Assembly: GCF_001194135.2 (NCBI RefSeq)
Contig: NC_068992.1
Location: 55,103,121 to 55,167,120 of the forward strand
DNA: 64,000 bases
Reading direction: 5' to 3'
Source: Octopus bimaculoides
Lineage: Eukaryota
Shown here: positions 23,591 to 36,806 of the stretch, piece after piece
Position numbering within the stretch: the stretch's first letter is position 1
How the letters are laid out: every line of letters starts with the position of its first letter
Notes under the pieces: model-generated
Database searches by the model: none
Told to the model about the DNA's origin: nothing
What the model saw: only the letters and a program-made list of their open reading frames with translations
Translations under genes and position numbers: made by a program

Positions 23591-25099
23591 AGATACAAGA
23601 TATGAGTATGAGTGTGCGTGTATATATGTGGGTATATCCATAAGAGTGCATAAGTATTGTACGTATAGATATATATTCACGCATACACTCAAATGTATGA
23701 TGCATGCTGATGCCATAAGAATTGATAAACTTCGAGTGAACGGGAACTAATCCACTTTTAGAAGACAGAATGACAAGTTTAAACGTTTAAATTTCCGATA
23801 GAGTCCAACCCAGCTGAAGAGCTTTTTACAGTTACCATCAACCCAATTTCATGTGCAAATTTTGGCTCCACAAGCGAATATGGTAAGTGAATTTGTTCAA
23901 GATACTACGAATCTGGATCGACCCCGAGGTCACTGTTTAAAAACCAAATTTCTAAATGTCTCAACCCTTCCTATATCCGTACGCAAACCGTTGTCTGATT
24001 AATGTGAGATTGAATCCAGGTTGGCATGGTTACGATGCAAAATTCAAACCACACAACCATGCATGCGGCTGTATACAAATACTTATGTATTCAATATGGG
24101 TCTTAGTATTTGTGAAGCGATGTTGTTAAATGCACGCACATACCTGCATCTGTGTACAGATAGCTGTACCTTCAATATATCTTCATGTTTCTGTGTGTTC
24201 TCTGTATATGAACATCTTTATATTTACATGTTGATATTTTGCATAATGCTTGTACGGTGGCTTGATTAAATTTGAACATTCATCTCACGAAGTGTTCCAT
24301 AAATGAGTAGCCTGTAAGTGAATAGCAATGGGGAATTTTCATGGTAATACTGATCTGAGGTTGCTCAACTAATAACATAAGATATCAAAAAGATTAAATC
24401 ATATTCCATAATCTATTGTTCAAAGGATATTCAATGTTAATTCACGTATGTGTATATATACGTCCCTACAAATATGTGTTCTCAATTATGTATTGTATAT
24501 ACGTATGTAACCGTGTATTGTAGAACGACGATACGAGTAATAATCATGCACACTCATGTACATATAAAGGCAGGTTTACATGCAATAATTTATGCAGTCA
24601 CACACACGTAACATCTATACCAATACCACGGTTATATGCAATCTTAAGAAGGCATTTGTACTACAGATTTACTTAATCACACAATTAGCTTCTTCCCAAT
24701 AAGGAAGTAATAAAGTAGTAATGTATCAATTGCTAATGGGTTTAAATCTGCATGCGGTTTTTAAGCGAATTACTGGATTAGTAGATTTATAAGATATTTT
24801 GTTATCTTCTCAGCAGCATTTTAACAATCGGAAGCAAAACAAGTACTTTCATTGATATTTGAGTAATGAAGGGAAGCGAATGACAAAAAGGGTGATGTTG
24901 TTTAACATCGCATTAACCTCGAGAAGAACGGACGTGTGCCCAAAAGTATTTCTCATAGAGACACTTCTCTTCGACTGGAAGCATGTCGATCAGCATATCT
25001 CATGTATCTTTTCCTCATTTAAAACGGCTCGTGCGATTTGAGAGAGGTTTGCTGCTGTTTCCTGCGAATCGAATGGTGAAGTAGACGCTCCCGCCTTGG

Positions 25100-25255
25100 C
25101 TGGGGCGGACTGAGAGTATTAAGGGCTCTCGGGCATAACTGCTTAGCGGGCCGCTTAGTATTGATATCAGTAGAGTTAACGTGTAGAGTGCAGGCCCCTC
25201 AGTGCTCCGGGCCCTCGGGGAGTGCCCGATTGACCGACGGCTCAGTCCACCCCTG
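25100..25255. mobile_element. GC-rich MITE-like element
   Basis: 15-bp TIRs ctggggcggactgag / ctcagtccacccctg match at 13 of 15 positions. No clear TSD. Confidence 0.5.
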
Positions 25256-26376
25256 GCTGGAACCATGACGATATAACTACGTTGTTCTAAATAATCGAAA
25301 GTTCCTTCATAACGAGGAGACAATTTATCTCTTCCAACTACGCCGGTTACATATTTGAGAGACACATAATGTAGCTAATATATAACTATTTTGCTGTTTT
25401 ACTGGGGGCACAAAACTGATGAAAATAACACTGTATTTCAAGCACCACTTGGTGGTATAATTATTAATAAATGATGATGCGAATACCGCCAGTGGCTATA
25501 GCAATTAAGTAGTCGTGTTACGACGCCATCTTGATTTTTAAATGAGTTTTATTTTATTTATTTGTTATTCTTTCCATAACACCATCTAACGAGGTAGATG
25601 GCAAGGAAACGTAGAGTAAAGATATTAGTCGAATATAATGTATTGTATATGTCATGTTTTGAGAAAAGTTTCTACCGATCACATTAATCGGCGCATTATG
25701 TACACACATATCAATATGTACGTACAAATGTATTTATCTACGTATATATATATGTATGTATCTATACATACATATACACTCAATATTTCATCTACATTCA
25801 ATACTTTATTTCATGGTGCCATCCATTTTTATTTTATTTAATTTTATATTATATATTGTATATTATATTATATATTGTATATTCCATATTCTATACCCCA
25901 CATTGGTTCTGCAGGAATATAAATAAAACATAAAATACAGACAGTGTTGGAACTCTTTTAAACAAAATAATATATATATATATATATATATATACATAAA
26001 CAGACACACACATGCACATACACACGCTCACATACACACATACACATCCATACAGAGTAGATGCGTAATTTGTCGCCATTTTATATTTTTAATTTCACGC
26101 ATGCAAATTGTCCGTTTTTGATCTTGTCAACTACACAGTATAGTAAGGTCAGCTGGGCACCATCTACGAGAAAAACGGTGCAATGAAGCAATTCCTTCTG
26201 CCAGAAATTTGTAAACGAAATGCTGTATTGGTTGGCATTCGCGCCGGGTGTTCCAATATGAACATTTTAGGGTGTTTGGGTGTGAATCTGACAACAGTGC
26301 AATCTGGAGACATGCACTGAGAGTGATAAAAAAATCAAACACCTAGTCAACATTATAGCGTTTGGAGTGATCACTA

Positions 26377-26845
26377 GTGATAGCGGCGTTATGTATCTAT
26401 TCATCTTCCCACACGGCCTCACACTCAACACGTAGATCTAAAAGAGGTAGTGCTACCCTGGGTACAGAGGGTGGCTGCTGGAAGACCCTATGTCTTGCAA
26501 CAGGACTCTGCACCATGCCACACAAGCATGAGAACCTAGTAATGGTTGTCAGGCAATTTCTGCGACCACATCACCCCTAACATTTGGCCACCTAACTCCC
26601 CCGACTGCAACCCCTTTGGTTATTATGTGTGGGGGTACAGTTGAGCGAGAGACCAACAAAACCCCTTGTGACGTCAAAGAAAGGATCATAGCTGCATTCA
26701 CCAACTGAAAGAAGGAGACCGTCCAGAAGGGTTGCAGGAGATTCCGAAGATTATGCAGACCGTGGTAGAAGCCAATGGCGATTTTATTGAATAAATTTAG
26801 TCTATAGTATTTCAAGATATTTTAATGTAATTTTGATAAATACAC
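26377..26845 (+). mobile_element. Tc1/mariner DD37D (maT-type) transposase C-terminal fragment
   Basis: VVLPWVQRVAAGRPYVLQQDSAPCHTSMRT**WLSGNFCDHITPNIWPPNSPDCNPFGYYVW...VVEANGDFIE*. There are 37 residues between the QQD aspartate and the final catalytic position, which is here mutated to G. Stops and frameshifts are present. Confidence 0.85.
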
Positions 26846-27534
26846 TCACTCACAAACCTCTAGACATGCGCACTCGCATCCCCCACCCCCACCCCACACG
26901 CATGCACACGCATGCACACGCATGCACACGCATACACGCACACACATGCACACGCACGCATAAACAGCCAAGCAGAGTCAAGCTACGGAGAATATCAGCT
27001 ATGAAAATGTTAATTTCATTATTAGAAATACAAGTCCTTCATTTTTTCTTATATAATATGAAGCTCAAAGAAAGCATCCTTGATAGTTTTAAGTGCTCTA
27101 ATAAATCGTTTCCTGAAACCTTAAAACAGTCATACATACACACACACACAAGCCCATAAACCTATGCATATACAGAGAGTGAGAGAGAGAGAGTGGAAGA
27201 GGAAGAAAGAGGATATATATATGTGCATGAATTATCCTTTCAAGCATGAAATAATTAGATAATAAAATGCTCTTAACGATGCAAAGCTGCACAAAGATAA
27301 GGTTGATCAATATTTAGGCCTTAATCTAAACTCGAAACAGAAGAAAAAAAATTGAAGTAAATAGGGATCATTGTCTAATGAGATGACACCTACTCAGAGT
27401 CTCTAGTAGGAGATAAGAATAATAAGCCGAATCTTGGAATCAGAGAATAAATTATTTGTTGCAGAAGAAAACATTGAGATTGGAAGATTACACACACATA
27501 CACACACTCATATATTTATGTATGTATGTGTGTG

Positions 27535-27569
<35 letters not shown>

Positions 27570-28376
27570 CTGTGTGTGTGTGTGTGTGTGCGTTAGAGAT
27601 GTATGCGCTGGTATGATTATTTGTTTAGATGAATTCCTTTCATAAACCACGTATGATTAGGTTCTGGTCCGCCGTATCTTATCTTCAGGAAATGAGTTTT
27701 ACCATAACGATGCGTTGTCCAATAATTTATGAGTGACATTTGACAGGCGAAAACTGTGCGCTCCCGATACATGCATACATACATACATACATACATACAT
27801 ACATACATACATACTCATCAACAAAAATAACTCGTCGAACCTCTTGAAGTCATCACTTTTACAAAAGTGATGATTTAAAATGCTCCTCTATGCCCTTAAT
27901 AATAATAATTGTATTTTATACTATAAATCTCCATAAATATACACACATACACACATATATGGTGGTTATGTATGCCTGGTGTATAAATACGTATGTATGT
28001 GTATTACAATTTTACTTAGTTTCGTGTTACTCGATTTTTTCCTTATTGTTTGGAAGCATGCATCGCAGAAAAATTTTTCACAGATTGTAGGGAAAGTAAG
28101 TTTCACTTGAATGGTGAGTAAGCCTCTTTTCTTCAGATCATGTGTTAAGCATGACACCTCTCAAAATCCTTTAGAAATCAGCACCATGATCCACCTATAA
28201 TTCATGTACGTCATCAGAAACTAACCAATGAGAAGGACATTTACTTGTAATCCAAAAAGGAACAGTCATATTCTTGTTACTCAGAAGTAGGAACCATCTA
28301 ACCAGTACTTCCCTCCCTGTTATCCCTCGGGCCGTACCAGTTTTCTGTAAAAGACAGGTTAATTTTTAATATCTTA

Positions 28377-28806
28377 TCACAATTAGGCAACGAGCTGGCG
28401 GGATCATTAGCACGCCGGGCGAAATGCTTAGCGGTATTTCGTCTGTCTTTACGTTCTGAGTTCAAATTCTGCCCAAGTTGGCTTTGCATCTCATCTTTTC
28501 GTGATCGAAAAATTAAGTACTAGTTGCGTACTGGGGTCGATCAAATCGACTGGCCCCCTCCTCCAAAATATCGGGCTTTGTGCCTATAGTAGAAAAGAAT
28601 ATTCTGTCACAATTAGGCAGAATCGTTAGCACGCCGAGCAAAATGCTTAACGGCATTTCGTCTGATTTTACGTTCTGAGTTCAAATTCCGCCACGGTCGA
28701 CTTTCACGTTCATCCTTTCGGGGTGGATGTAAACGATTTACCTACCCCTCTAACACATGCTGGCCTTGTGCCAAAATTTGAAATCAATGTTTGATCACAA
28801 TTAGGC
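28377..28806 (+). mobile_element. Head-to-tail SINE family B copies (two, plus the start of a third at the gap)
   Basis: Each unit begins tcacaattaggc, followed by the family head and body. Confidence 0.9.
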
Positions 28807-29084
28807 TTTNNNNNNNNNNNNNNNNNNNNNNNNNNNNNNNNNNNNNNNNNNNNNNNNNNNNNNNNNNNNNNNNNNNNNNNNNNNNNNNNNNNNNNNNNNN
28901 NNNNNNNNNNNNNNNNNNNNNNNNNNNNNNNNNNNNNNNNNNNNNNNNNNNNNNNNNNNNNNCCCACCTCCCCTGAACATATTTAATACCAAAAATATCT
29001 ACCGGTAACCCTTTTATTGAGTAAAGCATAAAAAACCCTTCGCTCATGAATAACCACAAGATTGCACCTAGAAAGTTACACTCC

Positions 29085-29345
29085 GAGGCACAAGTCCGGG
29101 CAAGGTTGTTGATGGAAGAGCGACAGTCACCCATGCATAGCAGCCTCCCCCCTATATGCCACCAATAAAGGCGGAGGTCAATACAGCTTGACACTAGTGA
29201 ACTCGCAACTCATTACTACAACTGAGTGAACTGGAGCAACGTGAAATAAAGATTCGTGTTCAAGAACGCAACGCACATTCGATCCGGGAATCGAAGTCAC
29301 TATCTCACGATTGTGAGCCCCACGCTTCTACCACTGAACCATAAG
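29085..29345 (-). mobile_element. tRNA-derived SINE family C
   Basis: The minus head ggttcagtggtagaagcgtggggctcacaatcgtgagatagtgacttcgattcccgg has A/B boxes. The body reads cttgaacacgaatctttatttcacgttgctccagttcactcagttgtag. Confidence 0.75.
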
Positions 29346-29564
29346 TACTTTCTAAAAAATTGGTATGCTATTGACTATGGAAAACAGTGAATCCTTTTAA
29401 TGCGAACCTTGAGAAAATTTCCTTGATTCGAGGAGACATTTTTGTCAGCTACAGTCGCAACTGACCACGTTGTGTAATTTCAAGTCTGCTATCCACCCCA
29501 TGGTATCAAAATCGTGATATATTGTAGCAGTCTTCACACAGTATGCTTGGCTGTAGGAAAACAG

Positions 29565-29765
29565 TGAGCTGGCAGAAACGTCAGGACGTTTGTAGCGGTA
29601 TTTCGTCTGTTTTTACGTTCTGAGTTCAAATTCCACCGAGGTCGGCTTTGCCTTTCATTTGTTCTCAGCCGATAAATTAAGTCCCAGTTGCGTACTGGGG
29701 TAGATCTAATCGACTGGCTCCCCTCTCCAAAATTTCGGGCCTTGTGCCTAGAGTAGAAAAGAGTA
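29565..29765 (+). mobile_element. SINE family B
   Basis: gagctggcagaaacg...ttctgagttcaaattccaccgaggtcggctttgcc...gggccttgtgcctagagtagaaaagag. Confidence 0.9.
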
Positions 29766-30134
29766 TGCTTGGTTGGAGGGACCGGTTTGGCTAGGCTGAG
29801 TATACGTGTTGTATATTTACTGTGGAAAAATAAAATTGATTTCACAGCTCAATGTCCCACTAAAAGGGGGGAAAAAAAAGGAAAACAGAATTGGAGCCTA
29901 TCGCCCCACTACAGGTTTCTCAGATCCCACCAGTAGGACATATGTCTCACTTTGGACATCACTAACTTTAACTATCAAGAAACTTTTCCTCCTTTATGTC
30001 ACACCTTACTTCTAATCAGAGTGAAGAAAATTATACAAATTGTCTAAATATATAATAATGGAATAATAATAAAGTATAGTCCTTATGAAGTGTGTTGAAC
30101 GCGCCTTCCTTCGCCTGTACACACACCTACGGAA

Positions 30135-30171
<37 letters not shown>

Positions 30172-30503
30172 GTCTATCTGTCTGTCTGTCTTTCTATTTC
30201 ACGATCTCCCCCCCCTCTCTCTGTATGTATATACATATATATATATATATATATATAGGTTATACACACACAGATAGAGAGAAAGAGAGAGATCGTGAAA
30301 CAGATTGATAGATAAACAGAAAGATTTAGCAAAAGTAGCAGAGAAATAAATGCACCAAACGTTTAGTGCGTTGGCACTTAGAAGTGCTAACGCATGAAAA
30401 TCTCGGCGTTTGTGTCACTCTGTTACTTCTGCTAAATATTAATAAAAATATACATATACTCATATTTTCAGTTCTATTTTTGCTATTCACACACACACAC
30501 ACA

Positions 30504-30563
<60 letters not shown>

Positions 30564-30764
30564 TATATATGTACATATATATACATACAAATTTGATGTT
30601 ACATTATACGTACATGTAAATATGTTTATAACGTACGCGAGCGGACGCGGTCACCCGCGAACGTACCAGCAAGTGAAAGTACAAGAACGCGAACGTACAA
30701 GCACGCGAATGCACAAGTACGCACGCACGCACGCACGCACGCACACACATACACGTATATAGAC

Positions 30765-30960
30765 GTGGCAGGGTGGTTAGACATTTGTTTCCCAAGTACA
30801 TGTTTCCAGGTTCAGTACTACTCTGTAGTACCCTGGGCAAGAGACTTCTAATATAACCATCGACCGACCGAAGCCTTGCGAGTGGATGCGGTACATATTT
30901 GTATGTGTCTGTGCTGACCCCCAATTCCAACGCATGCCAACAAGTGTTGGTGCGTTCACT
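30765..30960 (+). mobile_element. Degenerate SINE family A, 5' half
   Basis: gtggcagggtggttag...ccaggttcagtactac...ccctgggcaag...gaagccttgcgagtggat. Confidence 0.7.
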
Positions 30961-31348
30961 TCCCAGCAACAGCAAAATTAATACTGAGGTCGATTCGTTC
31001 GATCATGACAGATGAAGCCGATTTATCAGGATGGCTACAGTCAAATGATTGAAGCAATTAAAAAAGGTAAACGACATATTTTTGTGGGTGTGTGAGTGTC
31101 TGCGTATGCGCATTTACACATGCTTATGTTTATGTAAACACATATAGACGGACATATGAACACAGTTATGTACGTGACCACGCATAAATATGCAAATACA
31201 TTCATATCGGAAAAATATAATGCAGTATCCAATTATAATTGCACACAGAAATAAATGCGCATCACTGAAACTTAAATATTAGGAATTATGAAGGCGAATG
31301 CACACACGCACGCACACACGCACGCACACACACACACAGACCACACAT

Positions 31349-31390
<42 letters not shown>

Positions 31391-31854
31391 NNNNNNNNNN
31401 NNNNNNNNNNNNNNNNNNNNNNNNNNNNNNNNNNNNNNNNNNNNNNNNNNNNNNNNNNNNNNNNNNNNNNNNNNNNNNNNNNNNNNNNNNNNNNNNNNNN
31501 NNNNNNNNNNNNNNNNNNNNNNNNNNNNNNNNNNNNNNNNNNNNNNNNNNNNNNNNNNNNNNNNNNNNNNNNNNNNNNNNNNNNNNNNNNNNNNNNNNNN
31601 NNNNNNNNNNNNNNNNNNNNNNNNNNNNNNNNNNNNNNNNNNNNNNNNNNNNNNNNNNNNNNNNNNNNNNNNNNNNNNNNNNNNNNNNNNNNNNNNNNNN
31701 NNNNNNNNNNATATATACATGTATATATATATGTGTGTGCGTGCATGCATGTGTGTCTGTGTGGGTGTGCATGTTCGTGGGTCTGTGCTTGTATGTATGT
31801 GTTCTATTAAATCGTCACCGGGCATTTTCAGTTATTTATTGATAATGGCCTTAC

Positions 31855-31914
31855 CTTGTTCGTATGAGCAGGTATCCGGCGGCACCTCCCTCTCTCACTG
31901 ACTCCTTAAATGCA
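31855..31914 (-). CDS. Candidate 60-nt symmetric (phase 2-2) exon of an unidentified host gene
   Basis: Acceptor tgtatgtttctgtatcttag|T, donor AAG|gtaagg. The segment is a GC-rich island, and only one of three frames is open: AFKESVREGGAAGYLLIRT. Confidence 0.45.
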
Positions 31915-32369
31915 CTAAGATACAGAAACATACACACAACCAGTCATATTTCTATATGTCTATTGATATATGTTTGAATATGTTCGTTTGCGCGTGCATG
32001 GTCATGTATAACCGAATGTATAGGTCTATATCTTCACATATTCGTGTTTACGACTACTTGTTCTTGTGTAGGTGTATACATACACAACCACCGCTCTTTG
32101 TGTACTTTTGTTACCATTTCTAATTATTGATATCTATTCTCGATTGCTGTCTCTGTGCGTACGTATTCAAATGTATCTTCAGTCGCTGTGTCGACCTCCA
32201 TTTTTAAATTCTCATTACGATATACCAATGCGTTTCCTTATAATTGCGAAGGCACGCACATGTGAATGAATATATAAATACACCTTTACACACACACCTA
32301 CACACACGCATATATATGCACACAGATGCACACACACTCATATATATATATATATATACCATTACAATT

Positions 32370-32616
32370 AAAAGGGTAAAGGATTATCAATTCATTAATT
32401 CATTAATAAATTAATAATTAATAATTTTTACCAAGCCCTTCGGTATGTAAGCACCATTATCGATGAGGAACTTATTTAAAAGTTCTTATACATTTATAAA
32501 CAAAATTAAGGGATCAGCAACAGGTTGCTTCACCACATACCGAAGTTCAGAAATAGCTGCTATTTCTGAACTTCGGTATGTGGTGAAGCAACCTGTTGCT
32601 GATCCCTTAATTTTGT
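32370..32616. mobile_element. Probable Penelope-like terminal-repeat fragment with an inverted partial copy (perfect 58-bp palindrome)
   Basis: Arms 32500-32557 and 32559-32616 are exact reverse complements with a 1-nt spacer, and the element sits between (AT)n tracts. The Penelope assignment rests on recalled family structure. Confidence 0.5.
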
Positions 32617-32702
32617 GTATATATATATATATATAAGTATACATATATATATACATATTTACATATTTGTTTATATATATATGTATATATATATATATAT
32701 AT

Positions 32703-32746
<44 letters not shown>

Positions 32747-33209
32747 GTATATTTATATATAGGTACATTTATAAGAGTGTTTGTGTGCACGTGTGTGTAT
32801 ATGTGTGCGAGTATGCGTGCGTGTGTGTATGTGTGTGGGTTTCTATATATATATATATAAGGGGAAAATTCAGTTTATTTACATATTGTCAAAGTAATAA
32901 TTCTGAATACAAAAATATAGGGCTAGAGTCAATAAAGCAGACAGAACACTGGGTCAATGCAATCGACTATTCTCCTCCCACAAAATGTTGTGCCTTGTGC
33001 CTATAGTAGAATGGATTATTATGTTATTATTAGTAGTATTATTGTTGTTGCTGCTGTTATTGTTATTATTATTACTACTACCGGGTGATAGCAGAATCGT
33101 TAACACACCAGGCAAAATCTTGACAATGTTTCATCCGTCCGTACTTTTTAGGTTCAAATCCCCCCGGGGTCGACTTTTGACTTTCATCCTTTTCAAGCTT
33201 GCCAGTCTC

Positions 33210-33620
33210 CTTAAGATTCAGAGACCCTACCACCATAGTTAACTCTAGCTTTCATATCTTGATGCAAAACCCTGATTTTTCTGCGCAGCCTATTTTCCTT
33301 AGAATTAGCCACAGAGCATTTCGATTAACAGTATCGAATGGTTTACGCAAATCAAAAAAGCAATGGTATAGAGCAAGATTTTGTTCAATGCGCTTTTCTT
33401 GAAATTGTCTGATAGCAAAGATACAATCAGCTGTGCCACTCGAGGAAGGAAAACCACACTATATTTGGAACTATGAAGGTATTTAAATGTTCTAACAAAA
33501 TGCGGGCAAGTACCTTTTCAACCACAGACAAAAGCGAAATCCCACGGAAATTACCAAACAGATCCTTTGGCCCTGATTTATATAGAAGGAAACTAAAATG
33601 GCATCAATCCAGTCGTGAGG
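33210..33620 (-). mobile_element. RTE-clade LINE reverse transcriptase fragment
   Basis: PHDWIDAILV/YKSGPKDLFGNFRGISLLSVVEKVLARILL/CGFPSSSGTADCIFAIRQFQEKRIEQ...FFDLRKPFDTVNRNALWLILRKIGC/LHQDMKARV, i.e. the N-terminal RT motifs, with frameshifts. Confidence 0.9.
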
Positions 33621-34488
33621 CACTTTATATATNNNNNNNNNNNNNNNNNNNNNNNNNNNNNNNNNNNNNNNNNNNNNNNNNNNNNNNNNNNNNNNNNNNN
33701 NNNNNNNNNNNNNNNNNNNNNNNNNNNNNNNNNNNNNNNNNNNNNNNNNNNNNNNNNNNNNNNNNNNNNNNNNNNNNNNNNNNNNNNNNNNNNNNNNNNN
33801 NNNNNNNNNNNNNNNNNNNNNNNNNNNNNNNNNNNNNNNNNNNNNNNNNNNNNNNNNNNNNNNNNNNNNNNNNNNNNNNNNNNNNNNNNNNNNNNNNNNN
33901 NNNNNNNNNNNNNNNNNNNNNNNNNNNNNNNNNNNNNNNNNNNNNNNNNNNNNNNNNNNNNNNNNNNNNNNNNNNNNNNNNNNNNNNNNNNNNNNNNNNN
34001 NNNNNNNNNNNNNNNNNNNNNNNNNNNNNNNNNNNNNNNNNTGTGTTTAACTCTCCTTTCTCTACATTATGGATTGAGTTCAACCTGCATTATTAGTTAT
34101 TATCATATTCATTTAACAAAAAAATGAATGCCTGTTATTTTCTGATTCCAAAATCAATATGATTTTACGCTTGCTTCTATGACTCAAAAGACCTATTAGC
34201 TTTTCAGTTATCTCTCTCTCCCTGTCTATCTTTCCGTCTTTCTCTCTCTTTCTATATATATATATATAAATGTATATACATATATATATATATATATATA
34301 TGTATACATGAGTGTGTGTGTATGTGTGTGTATGTATGTATGTACGTGTGTACGAATATTGTATATCTATATAATACTTGAACAGAAGGAATTATTTTCC
34401 TGATGCAGATCTTCGTTAGAATAACGGAACAGCTGCTGAGATAAGGACAAAACCGAATTTTTGTATATGCTATGATACTGAGAAAAAA

Positions 34489-34520
<32 letters not shown>

Positions 34521-34577
34521 TATACACACATACGCACACATATATATATAAACATGCGAGCATGCGCGCGTGTGTAC

Positions 34578-34748
34578 TTTACTCTTTTACTTGTTTCAGT
34601 CAATTTACTGCAGCCATAAAGTCAAATCGAGCCTAGAACTTATTCTATCGGTTCTTTTGCCGCACCGCTAGTTTACGGGGACGTAAACACACCAACATCG
34701 GTTGCCAGGTGATGGTACAAGGACAATCACTGACACACAAATACATGC

Positions 34749-34781
<33 letters not shown>

Positions 34782-34929
34782 TACGACGGGCTTCTTACAG
34801 TTTCCGTCCACCGAATCCACTCGCAAGGCTTTGGTCAGCCCCAAGAAGACACTTTCCTAAGGTGCCACGCAGTGAGACTGAACTCGGAACTATGTGATTG
34901 GGAAGCAAGCTTCTTACCAAACAGCCATC
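34578..34929 (-). mobile_element. SINE family A (CORE-like)
   Basis: The 3' end tttactcttttacttgtttcagtc and the head ...gggaagcaagcttcttaccaaacagcc are visible on the plus strand as the reverse complement. Confidence 0.9.
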
Positions 34930-34944
34930 CTAGTGTGAAATAAA

Positions 34945-36162
34945 AGTCACTTTTTTTTATCATACAAAAAATGAACTTTAATCAATTACATATTTTACAT
35001 TTTGTTCGATGACCTTTTGCCAACTTTGTGGCAACTTCATGATTCTGCGCTCATAGAACTTCTGGTCCTTATCAACTAAAAACTGAAGCATGTGCGATTT
35101 CAAGTCATCATCATTATTGAAAGTTTTACCATTCAAAGAATTTTGTAATCTTCGAAGCAAACGGTAATCTGATGGTGCAAGGTCAGGGTCACATGGTGGA
35201 TGTGACGTCACTTCCCAAGCAAGCTCCAATAATTTTTCACGGGTTAATAAAATCGTGTGTAGTCCAGCGTTGTCATGGTGGAACATGATACTTATACGAT
35301 TTGCCAATTCTGGCCATTTTTCTTTGATTGCTTCCTCCAGTTTCATTAGTTTTTGATAGCAAACATTCTGAATTCATCGTTTGGTTTCTTGGAAGCAGCT
35401 CAAAATACAAACAACTTTGCAATCCCATTAAATTGACAGCATTATGTTTTTAAATGTAAATTCAGCTTTCGATGTGCAGGTTCATTATGCTTGACCCATG
35501 ATTGTTTTCGATCGATATTATTGTAGACAATTCATTTTTCATCACCAGTGATGATTCGTTTAAAACCAAAACGTCGATTTCATTTTGTTTGAGATGCATA
35601 TCGCAAATATCAATTCGTTGTGTCAATTGAATCTTATTCAAATTATGTGGAACCCAAATATCGAGCTTCTTAACGAGACCAAGTGACTTGAAGTGATTTT
35701 CAATTGTTGAGTGTGATACATTTGACCTCTCTGCAATCTCTCGCACAATTATATGACAGCTTATGGCTCTGATTCAATCATCATCAGCTTCAGTCAGTCG
35801 ACCTGAACGTTGATTATCTTTGCGAGAAAAATCTTCAGAACGGAATTTTTTAAAACCATTTCTGACGTGCGTTCTGTTAAGCAATGGACACCATAAACTT
35901 CACATACCTCTTCGTGAGCCTTATCAGCTTTCTTGCCTTTACGGACATAAAAACACAAAATATCGAGAAAAAGTTCGTTTTTGCACTCCAGGTTAAAATT
36001 GATAATGAACTAACAACTGTAACCAAAATTATGCGCAATTTACTTCTAAAGTAACGGCTATCAAATGTCAAAAGGAAAAAAAATCATTACACTGACAAAA
36101 GTCATTCAAAAAAATCGTAACACTATTTACAAAATACGAAATTGATTTCTGCCAACCCAATA
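34945..36162 (-). mobile_element. Near full-length decayed mariner (D,D34D) transposon
   Basis: Transposase pieces ...RSGRP, WVPHNL, ITGDEK, FHHDNAGLH, HPPCDPDLAPSDYRLL, FYERRIMKLPQSWQKVIEQNVKY (ORFs 35462-35746 and 34978-35346, frameshifted). The 5' TIR ttgggttggcagaaatcaatttcg has a TA at 36161-62. The 3' TIR is not recognisable. Confidence 0.95.
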
Positions 36163-36202
36163 TATATATGGAAACACATTTATACATTTACACACACACA
36201 CA

Positions 36203-36252
<50 letters not shown>

Positions 36253-36765
36253 NNNNNNNNNNNNNNNNNNNNNNNNNNNNNNNNNNNNNNNNNNNNNNNN
36301 NNNNNNNNNNNNNNNNNNNNNNNNNNNNNNNNNNNNNNNNNNNNNNNNNNNNNNNNNNNNNNNNNNNNNNNNNNNNNNNNNNNNNNNNNNNNNNNNNNNN
36401 NNNNNNNNNNNNNNNNNNNNNNNNNNNNNNNNNNNNNNNNNNNNNNNNNNNNNNNNNNNNNNNNNNNNNNNNNNNNNNNNNNNNNNNNNNNNNNNNNNNN
36501 NNNNNNNNNNNNNNNNNNNNNNNNNNNNNNNNNNNNNNNNNNNNNNNNNNNNNNNNNNNNNNNNNNNNNNNNNNNNNNNNNNNNNNNNNNNNNNNNNNNN
36601 NNNNNNNNNNNNNNNNNNNNNNNNNNNNNNNNNNNNNNNNNNNNNNNNNNNNNNNNNNNNNNNNNNNNNNNNNNNNNNNNNNNNNNNNNNNNNNNNNNNN
36701 NNNNNNNNNNNNNNNNNNNNNNNNNNNNNNNNNNNNNNNNNTATATATATATATATATATATATG

Positions 36766-36806
<41 letters not shown>

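Noticed and set aside
24860-25045. Possible mariner catalytic-region fragment
   Set aside because: There is only vague similarity (FDW..DQ), and the diagnostic HPPYSPDL motif is absent.
29285-29345. tRNA-like sequences here and at other SINE heads as tRNA genes
   Set aside because: They lack a pairing acceptor stem and run directly into SINE bodies.
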